This document shows positions 18,648 through 26,342 of a stretch of DNA of 64,000 bases, piece by piece. Where the stretch lies: the NCBI GenBank assembly GCA_963814375.1, contig CAWFCQ010000002.1:1-64000 (forward strand). Direction: 5' to 3'. The stretch is from an uncultured Chloroflexia bacterium. GTDB lineage: Bacteria > Chloroflexota > Limnocylindria > QHBO01. How positions within the stretch are numbered: position 1 is the first letter of the stretch; every line of letters starts with the position of its first letter. The notes under the pieces were generated by a model. That model ran no database searches. It saw only the letters and a program-made list of their open reading frames with translations, and was not told the origin of the DNA. The translations under genes and the position numbers were made by a program.

Positions 18648-20115
18648 AGGCACGGGCGACGGACCGGCCGTTGCCGTGGTCGGCGCCGGCGCCGTCGGCC
18701 TGACGCTGGCCGGCCGGCTGGCGCAGCACGGGCTCCGCGTCGAGCTGTTCGAGGCGCAAGGCGGCCACGAGCGCATCGGCTCGCGCGCCATCTGCATGCA
18801 GCGCGAGACGCTCGAGATCTGGGCGCGGCTGGGGATCGGCGATCGAGTTGCGAGCCGGGGCGTGCAGTGGCGCATCGGGCGCACGTACGCGCGCGGACGC
18901 CTCCTGTTCGAGACCCGCCTCCCCGACCACGACGAGCACTTCCCGCCGTTCGTGAACATCAGCCAGTCCGAGGTCGAGGAGCTGCTGGAGGAGCGCCTCG
19001 CCGAGCTCGGTGTGCCGATTCGCCGGGGCCATCGCCTCGTCGGGCTGAGCCAGGACGCGACCGGGGTCGACGCCAGCTTCGAGACCGATACCGGGGCCGT
19101 GACGGCGCGCGTTGCCTACCTGGTGGGCGCCGATGGCGCTCACTCGGGCGTCCGGCATGCGATCGGCATGCCCTTTCCCGGATACACCTTCGAGGACCGA
19201 TTCCTCATCTGCGACATCCGCGCCGATCTGCCGTTCAGCAACGAGCGCCACTTTCACTTCGATCCGCCCTGGAACCCGGGCCGCCAGGTCCTCATCCACC
19301 CGCAGCCGGACGGCATCTGGCGCATCGACTGGCAGGTGGCGCCCGAGACCGATGCGGACGAGGAGCGCTCCAGCGGTCGCCTCGACGAGCGCATCCGCCA
19401 GGTCATCGGCGCCGATACGCCGTATGAGCTGGTGTGGATGACGGGCTATCGCTTCAGCCAGCGCCTGGCGGATGCATTCCGGACGGGTCGCGTCTTCCTG
19501 GCCGGTGACGCGGCGCACGTCATGTCTCCGTTCGGCGCGCGCGGCCTGAACTCGGGCGTCGCCGATGCCGAGAACCTGGCCTGGAAGCTCGCGGCCGTTC
19601 TCGACGCGCGTGCGCCGGAAACGCTGCTCGACAGCTACGACGCCGAGCGTCGCACGGCGGCCCGCCGCAATCTCGACGCCACCGACGCCACGATGCGCTT
19701 CCTCGCGCCCCATGGCGTCATTCGGGCTGCATGGCGCGGCCTTGTCCTGCGCATGGCGCCGCACTCCGCCTGGTTTCGGCGGCGGGTGAACTCGGGCCGC
19801 CTCGCCGAGCCGGCCTCGTACGCGGGCCTCGGAACGGTTGCGCCCGGCCCACCCGATCCGGACCTGCCCAGCCATGGGACCGTCGCTCCCGATGGGCCCC
19901 TGCCCGAGGGTGGCCGGGTACGCGACCGCCTCGGGCAGGGGTTTGTCGTGATCCTTCCGCGTCCGCTCACCGACCTCCCCGATTGGGGGGAGCCGGTGGT
20001 CGTCGGCCCGGCCAGCGTGTACGGACCTGATCGGGCGTGGCTGGTGCGCCCGGACGGGTACATCGCCGGCAGCGAGCCGATGGATCGGTCGGACCACCTC
20101 ATGCCGCGGTCCTAG
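18613..20115 (+). CDS. FAD-dependent aromatic-ring monooxygenase (PheA/TfdB/MhpA-like)
   Basis: VVGAGAVG, VGADGAHSGVR, FLAGDAAH..PFGARGLNSG, LVRPDG; start uncertain (in-frame GTG 18613). Confidence 0.85.
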   Translation: MIARSGTPSPTEGTGDGPAVAVVGAGAVGLTLAGRLAQHGLRVELFEAQGGHERIGSRAICMQRETLEIWARLGIGDRVASRGVQWRIGRTYARGRLLFETRLPDHDEHFPPFVNISQSEVEELLEERLAELGVPIRRGHRLVGLSQDATGVDASFETDTGAVTARVAYLVGADGAHSGVRHAIGMPFPGYTFEDRFLICDIRADLPFSNERHFHFDPPWNPGRQVLIHPQPDGIWRIDWQVAPETDADEERSSGRLDERIRQVIGADTPYELVWMTGYRFSQRLADAFRTGRVFLAGDAAHVMSPFGARGLNSGVADAENLAWKLAAVLDARAPETLLDSYDAERRTAARRNLDATDATMRFLAPHGVIRAAWRGLVLRMAPHSAWFRRRVNSGRLAEPASYAGLGTVAPGPPDPDLPSHGTVAPDGPLPEGGRVRDRLGQGFVVILPRPLTDLPDWGEPVVVGPASVYGPDRAWLVRPDGYIAGSEPMDRSDHLMPRS

Positions 20116-20741
20116 CGCCGCCAGCCGGTACGACGCTCGGTGGTCGCGAACCGCGGCGGGACGAGGCCGAAGGCGAAGGCCACCAGCCCGAGGCCGATGA
20201 GGAGCGTGGCGACCCATCCCGGTGCCGTCGCCGGCAGGCCCAGCGCCGTATCGGGCTGATCGTCCCCGTGGCCGGCCGCGTGCGTCGCCTGCGCCGCCAC
20301 TGCCGCGGTGGAAGCGGCGGGCGCGGCGGATGCGGCTGGCGCGCTCGTTGCCGCGGCGGGCACTGCCGCTGCTGCATCGGTGCTATCGGCCACCACGGTG
20401 ATGGTGGCGACCATCTCCTCGTGGTAGCTGCACACGTACGTGTAGGTGCCCGGCTCCCGGAACGTGAACGAGAAGCCGACGCCCGGATCGAGGTTGCCCG
20501 AGTCGAACGCTCCGTCGACCGAGGTTACGGTGTGGGGCGAGTCGTCCTCGTTGGCCCAGGTGATGGTGTCGCCGACGCTGATCGTCAGCGATCCGGGCTG
20601 GAAGGCCCCGTCGGTGATCGCCACGCTCGCCATCGCGCCGAGGCTCGGCGGCGGAGCGGAGAGAAGCGTCGCGAACAGGAGCAGGAGAAGGGCGAGGGAC
20701 GAGGCCGCCGCGGCGCGGCGATGGGTGGACGAGATCAGCAC
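20112..20741 (-). CDS. Secreted cupredoxin (plastocyanin/amicyanin-like) with C-terminal anchor
   Basis: Signal peptide, HTVTS...YVCSYHEEM type-1 Cu ligands, Ala-rich linker, QPDTA+TM+basic tail. Confidence 0.85.
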   Translation of the reverse strand: MLISSTHRRAAAASSLALLLLLFATLLSAPPPSLGAMASVAITDGAFQPGSLTISVGDTITWANEDDSPHTVTSVDGAFDSGNLDPGVGFSFTFREPGTYTYVCSYHEEMVATITVVADSTDAAAAVPAAATSAPAASAAPAASTAAVAAQATHAAGHGDDQPDTALGLPATAPGWVATLLIGLGLVAFAFGLVPPRFATTERRTGWRR

Positions 20742-20773
20742 GGAGCAACCCCTGGCGTGTTGTGGACACCCGT

Positions 20774-20803
20774 GATGAGCCAGCGCCGCTGGAAAAGGTT
20801 TCA
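20774..20803 (-). promoter_or_regulatory. Possible ECF-sigma promoter (TGAAACC-N17-CTCATC)
   Basis: AAC-containing -35-like element upstream of the cupredoxin gene; motif resemblance only. Confidence 0.3.
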
Positions 20804-20826
20804 GCGCCCGCCGGCGGTGCGCACGC

Positions 20827-21324
20827 TTACGAGCGCGCTTCCCGAACTCGAGCGATGGCTCCCAGCGCGCCGATCAGGATCAGCGCCGCCCCGAGCCAGA
20901 CCAGCGAGCCACCGCGGTCCGGAGCGACCGCCACGTTCGGCACCGCCCCGGTCGTTGGCGCCGCGGTTGGCGCCGGGGGTGCGGCCGCCGCCACGACGAT
21001 GATCCGCCCGGTCATCTGCGGGTGCGGCGTGCACAGGTAGTCGTAGGTCCCCGGCGTGGTGAACGTCACGCTGTACGACGCGCCCTGCGCCAGGTCGCCC
21101 GAGTCGAAGGCGCCGGTGGTGCTCGTCGCGGTGTGCACGACCGGGTCGAGGTTCGTCCAGGTCACCGTGTCACCGGCCACCACGGTCAGCTCCGCCGGCG
21201 CGAAGGTGAAGTCCGTGATCTCGACGGCATGCGTCGCCGCGCGGGCCTGCCCGATGGCGGCGACGCCGAGCACGATGGCCGCGATGGCGAGCGCCGGGAT
21301 GAGTCGACGGAGTGAGGCTGGCAT
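20827..21324 (-). CDS. Secreted cupredoxin (amicyanin-like) with C-terminal anchor
   Basis: Signal peptide, HTATS...YLCTPHPQM, Pro/Ala/Thr linker, VPNVA+TM+RVREAR. Confidence 0.85.
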   Translation of the reverse strand: MPASLRRLIPALAIAAIVLGVAAIGQARAATHAVEITDFTFAPAELTVVAGDTVTWTNLDPVVHTATSTTGAFDSGDLAQGASYSVTFTTPGTYDYLCTPHPQMTGRIIVVAAAAPPAPTAAPTTGAVPNVAVAPDRGGSLVWLGAALILIGALGAIARVREARS

Positions 21325-21419
21325 CGGGCGAGGACCTGTTGCGACTTCGGATGCGCTGTGGATAACCGGCTCGATCCTAGTCAATCTCGTGGAGAAAGGG
21401 GCTTGATCGGCGCATGCCT

Positions 21420-21512
21420 GCGGGCGATGATGCTCGCGTCCCGAAGGGGCAGTGGAGATCTGAGATCACCTCAACGATCGCCGCGGTTCCTTCGGGACGT
21501 TTCGTTGCCCGC
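21420..21512 (+). other. 93-nt rod-like imperfect hairpin (candidate structured RNA or MITE/REP element)
   Basis: Nested pairing: 21420-30/21502-12, CGTCCCGAAGG 21437-47/CCTTCGGGACG 21489-99, inner GTGG/CCGC, GATC/GATC, TGAG/CTCA. Confidence 0.55.
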
Positions 21513-21514
21513 CG

Positions 21515-22663
21515 CTAGAACGCCCACTGGCCGGAGCCGAAGCGCCACGCGAAGTAGCCCATGGCCAGGGCCGACGCCGCTCCCAGCGCCCAGCCGGCGA
21601 CCCGCCAGCGATCGGCGATGAGCGCCGCCCAGACCATGATGCCGAAGAGGACCAGGCTGTAGCGCGGCACGCTGACGACGAAGCCGGTGCTGACCACCAG
21701 CAGCCAGTTGCCGGCCATCCACACCGCCCACGTCGGCCGCAGCCAGATGGCCGTGGCGACCGTCGCGACGAGCCCCAGGCCGACGAACGCGAGCTCCATC
21801 CAGCCGAGCATGAGGGCGGTGTCGGCATCGGTGCTGCCGATCCAGCCGAAGATGCCGGAGATGCCCTCCCACGGTGGCGAGAGATCCTTGAACCAGTGCT
21901 CGCGCTGGATCTCGCTGAAGGCGAACGGGTCGCCGTAGGCGTTCCAGTTGACGCCGAGGTAGATCGCGAAGCCGACGGCCACGAGCCCGATCGCGACCCA
22001 CGAGATCTCGAATCGCCGATGCACCCGCCACTGGAGGTACGCCTCGACCATCAGCGCCGGGATGAGCACGAGCCCGTTGATGCGTGTCAGCGCGGCGAGC
22101 CCGCCGAGCACGCCGGCATCCCACCATCTGCCCTCGCGTCCCAGCCACAGCGAGCCGAAGGCGAGCGCCAGGAAGAGGCTCTCGGTGTAGCCGATATGCA
22201 GGAAATAGGCGGTCGGGAAGACGAGCAGGAACAGCGCCGACCAGCGCCCGACGCGCGGGCCGAGGTCGGCGGCGACCAGGCGGTAGAGCGCGGGAGCCAC
22301 GAACAGCGACGCCACGGTCGCGACGAGGAAGGCGGCGACGATCGGGTCGCGCACCAACGACGTGACGATGCCGGTGAGCCATGGGAAGAGCGGGAAGAAG
22401 ACGATGTACAGGTCGAGCTCGCCGGGATAGACCTGCGAGTAGCCCGGGTACGTGAGCGTGCCGGGGTCGTTGGCCATGTAGCCCCAGAGGGCGATGTCGG
22501 TGTAGTGCGGCGCGTCCCAGCGGTGCCAGGGATCGAGCGGGCCTGGCGGCTCTCCGATGGCCGTCCAGAGCGCCACGAACCCGATGAGCAGCACGGCGAC
22601 CTTGACCACGAGCGTGGCGGTCACGAGCATCGCGTCGGTGCGGCCGAGAAGGCGGGAGGGCAT
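21515..22663 (-). CDS. GT-C mannosyltransferase (PIG-V/Mannosyl_trans2-like)
   Basis: RWDAPHY..IA..GY, FFPLFP, YTESLFLAL, multiple TM segments, SVPRY. Confidence 0.85.
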   Translation of the reverse strand: MPSRLLGRTDAMLVTATLVVKVAVLLIGFVALWTAIGEPPGPLDPWHRWDAPHYTDIALWGYMANDPGTLTYPGYSQVYPGELDLYIVFFPLFPWLTGIVTSLVRDPIVAAFLVATVASLFVAPALYRLVAADLGPRVGRWSALFLLVFPTAYFLHIGYTESLFLALAFGSLWLGREGRWWDAGVLGGLAALTRINGLVLIPALMVEAYLQWRVHRRFEISWVAIGLVAVGFAIYLGVNWNAYGDPFAFSEIQREHWFKDLSPPWEGISGIFGWIGSTDADTALMLGWMELAFVGLGLVATVATAIWLRPTWAVWMAGNWLLVVSTGFVVSVPRYSLVLFGIMVWAALIADRWRVAGWALGAASALAMGYFAWRFGSGQWAF

Positions 22664-22752
22664 TGCCGCGGACTATAGGTGCGCGACCCACAGGGCGCAG
22701 CGCGCTCGGTGGACCCGTCAGGACGCCCCTGTTACGATGGCCGTCCTCCGGT

Positions 22753-22828
22753 CGGGGCGTGGCGCAGTAGGTAGCGCGCGTCGTTCGGGACGACGAGGTC
22801 GGAGGTTCGAGTCCTCTCGCCCCGACCA
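22753..22828 (+). tRNA. tRNA-Pro(CGG)
   Basis: Acceptor CGGGGCG/CGCCCCG, anticodon arm CGTCG-TTCGGGA-CGACG, T-arm GGAGG-TTCGAGT-CCTCT, encoded CCA; 76 nt. Confidence 0.97.
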
Positions 22829-22984
22829 ATCACCTCTCCCACTCTCGCCGGCGCATCGGCGCGCGCGAGTGGTGCCTCCCGGACGCAAAGATCGCCCCGG
22901 CATTGAGCCGGAGCGATCGATGTGACTGCGCGCACCGAACGGCGGGTAGGCCGACCGTCCGTGCTGCGCGGTCTGCGCGCGGGA

Positions 22985-23290
22985 CTAGGCGGCGACTGGC
23001 GCGCCGTGGAACAGCGCAAGCTCGCCGATCGTGGTGGTCAGCAGCTTGACGCGGTCGGCGACGTTCTCCTTGTTCCAGGAGGCGGACATGCTGGCCGAGT
23101 TCTGGGCAGCTTCGCGAGTCTCCCAGATGCTGAGCGAGACGACCTTGTGGTTGCCGATGTCGACCAGTCCGTAGTTCACGAAGCCAGGCTCCTTGACGAA
23201 CAGCGGCAGGATGCCCTTTTCGGCAATGCCGGTCAGCTCGTTGAAGTCGCCCTTGATGACGTCGTAGGTCGAGATTCGTGTGTAGCGCAT
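22985..23290 (-). CDS. Small ABM-like dimeric alpha/beta-barrel protein
   Basis: 101 aa, PGFVNY..., SLSIWETREAA pattern; GAGGAG RBS. Confidence 0.7.
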   Translation of the reverse strand: MRYTRISTYDVIKGDFNELTGIAEKGILPLFVKEPGFVNYGLVDIGNHKVVSLSIWETREAAQNSASMSASWNKENVADRVKLLTTTIGELALFHGAPVAA

Positions 23291-23401
23291 TTCTGCTCCT
23301 CTATGGTGCGGCTAAGTCGATACGAAGCGGTGGTGCCCGATGGCTCGCCGTCGATCGAGAAGCCAGAGGAATCGGTTCGCAGCCTTGCAGCCGAGAGACG
23401 C

Positions 23402-23450
23402 AGTCTATCACACATCCTGCTGTGATAAATTTGTGACAGACATGTGACAT
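23402..23450. promoter_or_regulatory. AT-rich operator/promoter: three TGTGA(C/T)A direct repeats at 11-bp period plus TATCACA-N8-TGTGATA inverted repeat
   Basis: TGTGA at 23421, 23432, 23443; IR 23406-12/23421-27; minus-strand -10-like TAGACT at 23407-23402. Confidence 0.65.
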
Positions 23451-23461
23451 GTATGTAAAGG

Positions 23462-23893
23462 ATGATTCAGGTGCCGAGGGTTGAATTTGAGGCCGATACG
23501 GAGGAAGAGCTTGTCGCGCTCGCCTGGCGGTGGGTCATGGGTCCGCAACGGACGTCCGGTCCTCTCACTCCCGACCCGGCTGACCAGGCCGACCTCCGGC
23601 GCAGGCAGCTCGGCGAGGTGCTGAACTCCATCCGGGGAGCCGATAGTCGTCGCCTCTTGCGCGAGGTTGCCGAGCTGTCCATGCGTGACACCACGCTTGT
23701 CCTCGATGGCGCCCTGACAGCCCGATACGGGAAGCGAACGGGAACCGCCTTTGCGGGCATCGTCGCCGGCCCCAACAAGGTCATGCGACGCATCGCCCGG
23801 CGCGATCTCATCACCTGGGACGGGGATGCGCGCGGCTATCGGATGGACCCGGCCGACGCTGAGATCGTGCTGGAGCGCTGGCCGGGGGCCTGA
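23462..23893 (+). CDS. Hypothetical protein, possible winged-helix (DUF6416-like)
   Basis: 143-aa ORF; helical core then W....GYRMDP..AEIV wing-like end; family call tentative. Confidence 0.5.
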   Translation: MIQVPRVEFEADTEEELVALAWRWVMGPQRTSGPLTPDPADQADLRRRQLGEVLNSIRGADSRRLLREVAELSMRDTTLVLDGALTARYGKRTGTAFAGIVAGPNKVMRRIARRDLITWDGDARGYRMDPADAEIVLERWPGA

Positions 23894-23929
23894 GTCCTTT
23901 ACGTCACTCGGCTGTGACGGGTGGCTTCG

Positions 23930-24754
23930 TCAATGCGGGAGGCGGTACTCCCCGACACTCGCTTCTTCGATGCGCAAGGGCGGGAAGTCGTCGGCCAGCT
24001 CGGGAATCACCGCCTGGAAGATGTCGTGGTCGTCGGGGATCCCGCGCAGCCGGTACGAGCCCAGGAGCCGAAGCTCGAGCGGCGCCTCATCGGCAAGCGC
24101 GGCGTGGGTCGCGCGCGACACGAGTGTCTGGCCGCCGTGGCCGCACTGGCAGAGACGCGCCGCGGTGTTCACGCTGATCCCCTGGTAGCCGGTCGCGGTG
24201 ACCGTCGGGCGCCCGGTGTGCAGGCCGATGCGAACGCGGACCTCGCGCCGATCCGGCCAGGCGTGGCTCGCGAACGCCCGCTGCATCTCGACCGCGGCCT
24301 CGAAGGCGGCCGCGGGGTGCTTGAAGACGGCGAACAGCTCGTCGGCGCGGGCATCGACCTCGTGGCCGCTGTGCCCGCGCACCGCCGCGCGCTCGATGCG
24401 CCGCACGGCGGACAGCATCGGCCCGTATCGGTCGCCGAGCTCGGCGAGGTGCTTGCTCGAGCCCTCGATGTCGGCGAAGAGGAGGGTCAGCTGGCCGGAC
24501 GGCAGCTTGGGGCGGAGCTGCCCGTCGATGAACCCGACGGGCAGGATGCCGTGACGCTTCGCGGCCTTGAGCAGCCGCGTGCGGGCGCGATCGCGCGCCG
24601 CCTCGTCCTCGAAGAGGATGCGGTTGAAGCGCGCCAGGGCGTTGCGGACGTGGGCCTCGTCGTTGATCGGCAGGCGCCGCCGTCCGCTGCTGTCGATGTA
24701 CGCGAACGCGCTGTCGGGCAGCTTCGCGCGGTCGCGCTGTCGCAGTTCGGCCAT
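23930..24754 (-). CDS. DUF6582-like N-terminal domain fused to class III adenylate/guanylate cyclase
   Basis: ATG 24754: LPDSAFAY..RRLPINDEAHVRNALARF.., then TLLFADIEGSS, ADELF, VRIGLHTG, VNTAARL, GGQTLVS, LRG. Confidence 0.8.
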   Translation of the reverse strand: MAELRQRDRAKLPDSAFAYIDSSGRRRLPINDEAHVRNALARFNRILFEDEAARDRARTRLLKAAKRHGILPVGFIDGQLRPKLPSGQLTLLFADIEGSSKHLAELGDRYGPMLSAVRRIERAAVRGHSGHEVDARADELFAVFKHPAAAFEAAVEMQRAFASHAWPDRREVRVRIGLHTGRPTVTATGYQGISVNTAARLCQCGHGGQTLVSRATHAALADEAPLELRLLGSYRLRGIPDDHDIFQAVIPELADDFPPLRIEEASVGEYRLPH

Positions 24755-24790
24755 CGCCCCAATGATCGCAGGAATGACTACGATCGGCCG

Positions 24791-25585
24791 ATGGTTGCCC
24801 TCGCCTCCCACACGTGGTCCGAGGCCGCTGCGGGCGGCCCGGGCGAGACTGGCACCGTCGTCCTCGTTCACGGCGTGGCCGGGTGGCATCGAACCTGGTG
24901 GCGCGTCGGACCGGCGCTCGCGCGGGCGGGCTGGCGGGTCGTCGCCGTCGACCTGCGCGGGCACGGGAACAGCCCGCCGATCGGTGCGCGGGTAACAGTC
25001 CGCGACTTCGCCGACGACCTGGCGGCGTCGATCGAGCGCATGGGAGCTCCGGCCGACGCGGTTGTCGGCCACTCGCTCGGTGGGGCCGTCGGCGCGGAGT
25101 TGGCCATCGCGCGCCCTGACCTCGTGCGGCGGCTCGTCCTCGAGGACCCGCCCGTGAAGTCTCGCGTCGGCGATCGGCCATGGCTCGAGAACCTGGAGCG
25201 CGAGATGCGCATGGCCAACGAGGCATTCGAGGCCGAGGTCGCCCGGACGCGCGCCTCGAACCCGGAGTGGCATGCCGAGGACGCGCGCCAGGACGTCAGG
25301 GGCAAGCAGCTCGCCGATGCGGAGGGCATCCTCGAGTCGTTCCGGCAGGACGTCGGGACACGCGTCCTCGACCTGGCGCCGCGACTGCCGGTGCCTGCCC
25401 TCTACCTGCTCGGTGACGAGGATCGGTCGATCGTCCCGGCCGAGGCGCGCCGTCGCCTGGAGGCGACCATTCCCTCCGGGTGCCGCGTCGCCGTCGCCGA
25501 TGCCGGCCACACCGTCCATCGGGATCGGCTCGCCGAGTACGTCGCACTGGTGCTCGACTGGATCGGACCGGCGGGCACCTCGTGA
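24791..25585 (+). CDS. Alpha/beta hydrolase
   Basis: VLVHG, DLRGHG, GHSLGG nucleophile elbow, LEDP, AGHTVH. Confidence 0.9.
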   Translation: MVALASHTWSEAAAGGPGETGTVVLVHGVAGWHRTWWRVGPALARAGWRVVAVDLRGHGNSPPIGARVTVRDFADDLAASIERMGAPADAVVGHSLGGAVGAELAIARPDLVRRLVLEDPPVKSRVGDRPWLENLEREMRMANEAFEAEVARTRASNPEWHAEDARQDVRGKQLADAEGILESFRQDVGTRVLDLAPRLPVPALYLLGDEDRSIVPAEARRRLEATIPSGCRVAVADAGHTVHRDRLAEYVALVLDWIGPAGTS

Positions 25586-26337
25586 GCGGCACGATCGCCG
25601 AGGTCGCCGCATGGCTCCATGCCTCGCGCACGACCGTCGTCCTCACCGGCGCCGGGGTGAGCACCGAATCCGGGATCCCGGACTTTCGCGGGCCGGACGG
25701 GATCTGGACCCGCGACCCGAGTGCCGAGCGGCTCAGCAACATCGGCTACTACGTTGCCGATCCGCAGGTCCGCCGCGAGTCGTGGCGGCGCCGCGTCGAG
25801 CATCCCGCCTGGGGCGCCGTGCCGAACGACGCGCATCGCGCTCTGGCGGAGCTCGACCGTGCCGGGCGCATCTCGCTGCTCGTGACGCAGAACATCGACG
25901 GGCTCCACCTCGCGGCGGGATCGTCGCCTGAGCGCCTGATCGAGATCCACGGGTCGATCCGTGAGTCGGCATGCCTGGGCTGCGGCGATCGGAAGCCGAT
26001 GCGCCAAACGCTGGACCGAGTCCGCGACGGAGACCCGGATCCTGCCTGTCTCATCTGCGGCGGGATCCTCAAGTCGGCGACGGTGAGCTTCGGGCAGAAC
26101 CTCGACCCGGACCTGCTCGCCCGCGCGGAGCTCGCCGCCGCGTCCTGCGACCTCTTCGTGGCGATCGGCACGAGCCTCAGCGTCTACCCGGTGGCGCAGT
26201 TGCCGGAGCAGGCATTGGCCGGTGGTGCGCGTTTCGTAATCGTCAACGCGGAGCCGACCCTGCTCGACGACCGGGCAAGCGCCGTCCTCCGCGGGTCTGC
26301 CGGCGAGATCCTCGCCTCGATCGTCTCTGCTTCCTGA
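25582..26337 (+). CDS. cobB: NAD-dependent protein deacylase (sirtuin, CobB-like)
   Basis: LTGAGVSTESGIPDFRG, TQNIDGLH, HG, CxxC..CxxC Zn site, GTSLSVYP, VN; GTGA overlap with the hydrolase. Confidence 0.92.
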   Translation: MSGTIAEVAAWLHASRTTVVLTGAGVSTESGIPDFRGPDGIWTRDPSAERLSNIGYYVADPQVRRESWRRRVEHPAWGAVPNDAHRALAELDRAGRISLLVTQNIDGLHLAAGSSPERLIEIHGSIRESACLGCGDRKPMRQTLDRVRDGDPDPACLICGGILKSATVSFGQNLDPDLLARAELAAASCDLFVAIGTSLSVYPVAQLPEQALAGGARFVIVNAEPTLLDDRASAVLRGSAGEILASIVSAS

Positions 26338-26342
26338 CGCGG

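Noticed and set aside
21471-22829. Long GC-rich alternative ORFs here and throughout the track (e.g. 31720-33834, 60255-62945)
   Set aside because: They are Arg/Pro/Ala-rich shadow or antisense frames of well-supported genes, expected in high-GC DNA; this one also runs across the tRNA.
22860-22920. GGACGCAAAG resembling the c-di-GMP-I riboswitch core
   Set aside because: The upstream GGCAAAC/GNRA stem and tetraloop receptor are missing, and no co-oriented gene lies directly downstream.
25582-26337. Sirtuin as a Thoeris/DSR-type NADase defence effector
   Set aside because: It is a short stand-alone protein with the Zn-binding CxxC pairs and motifs of housekeeping CobB deacylases, with no SLOG, TIR, HerA or pAgo partner.
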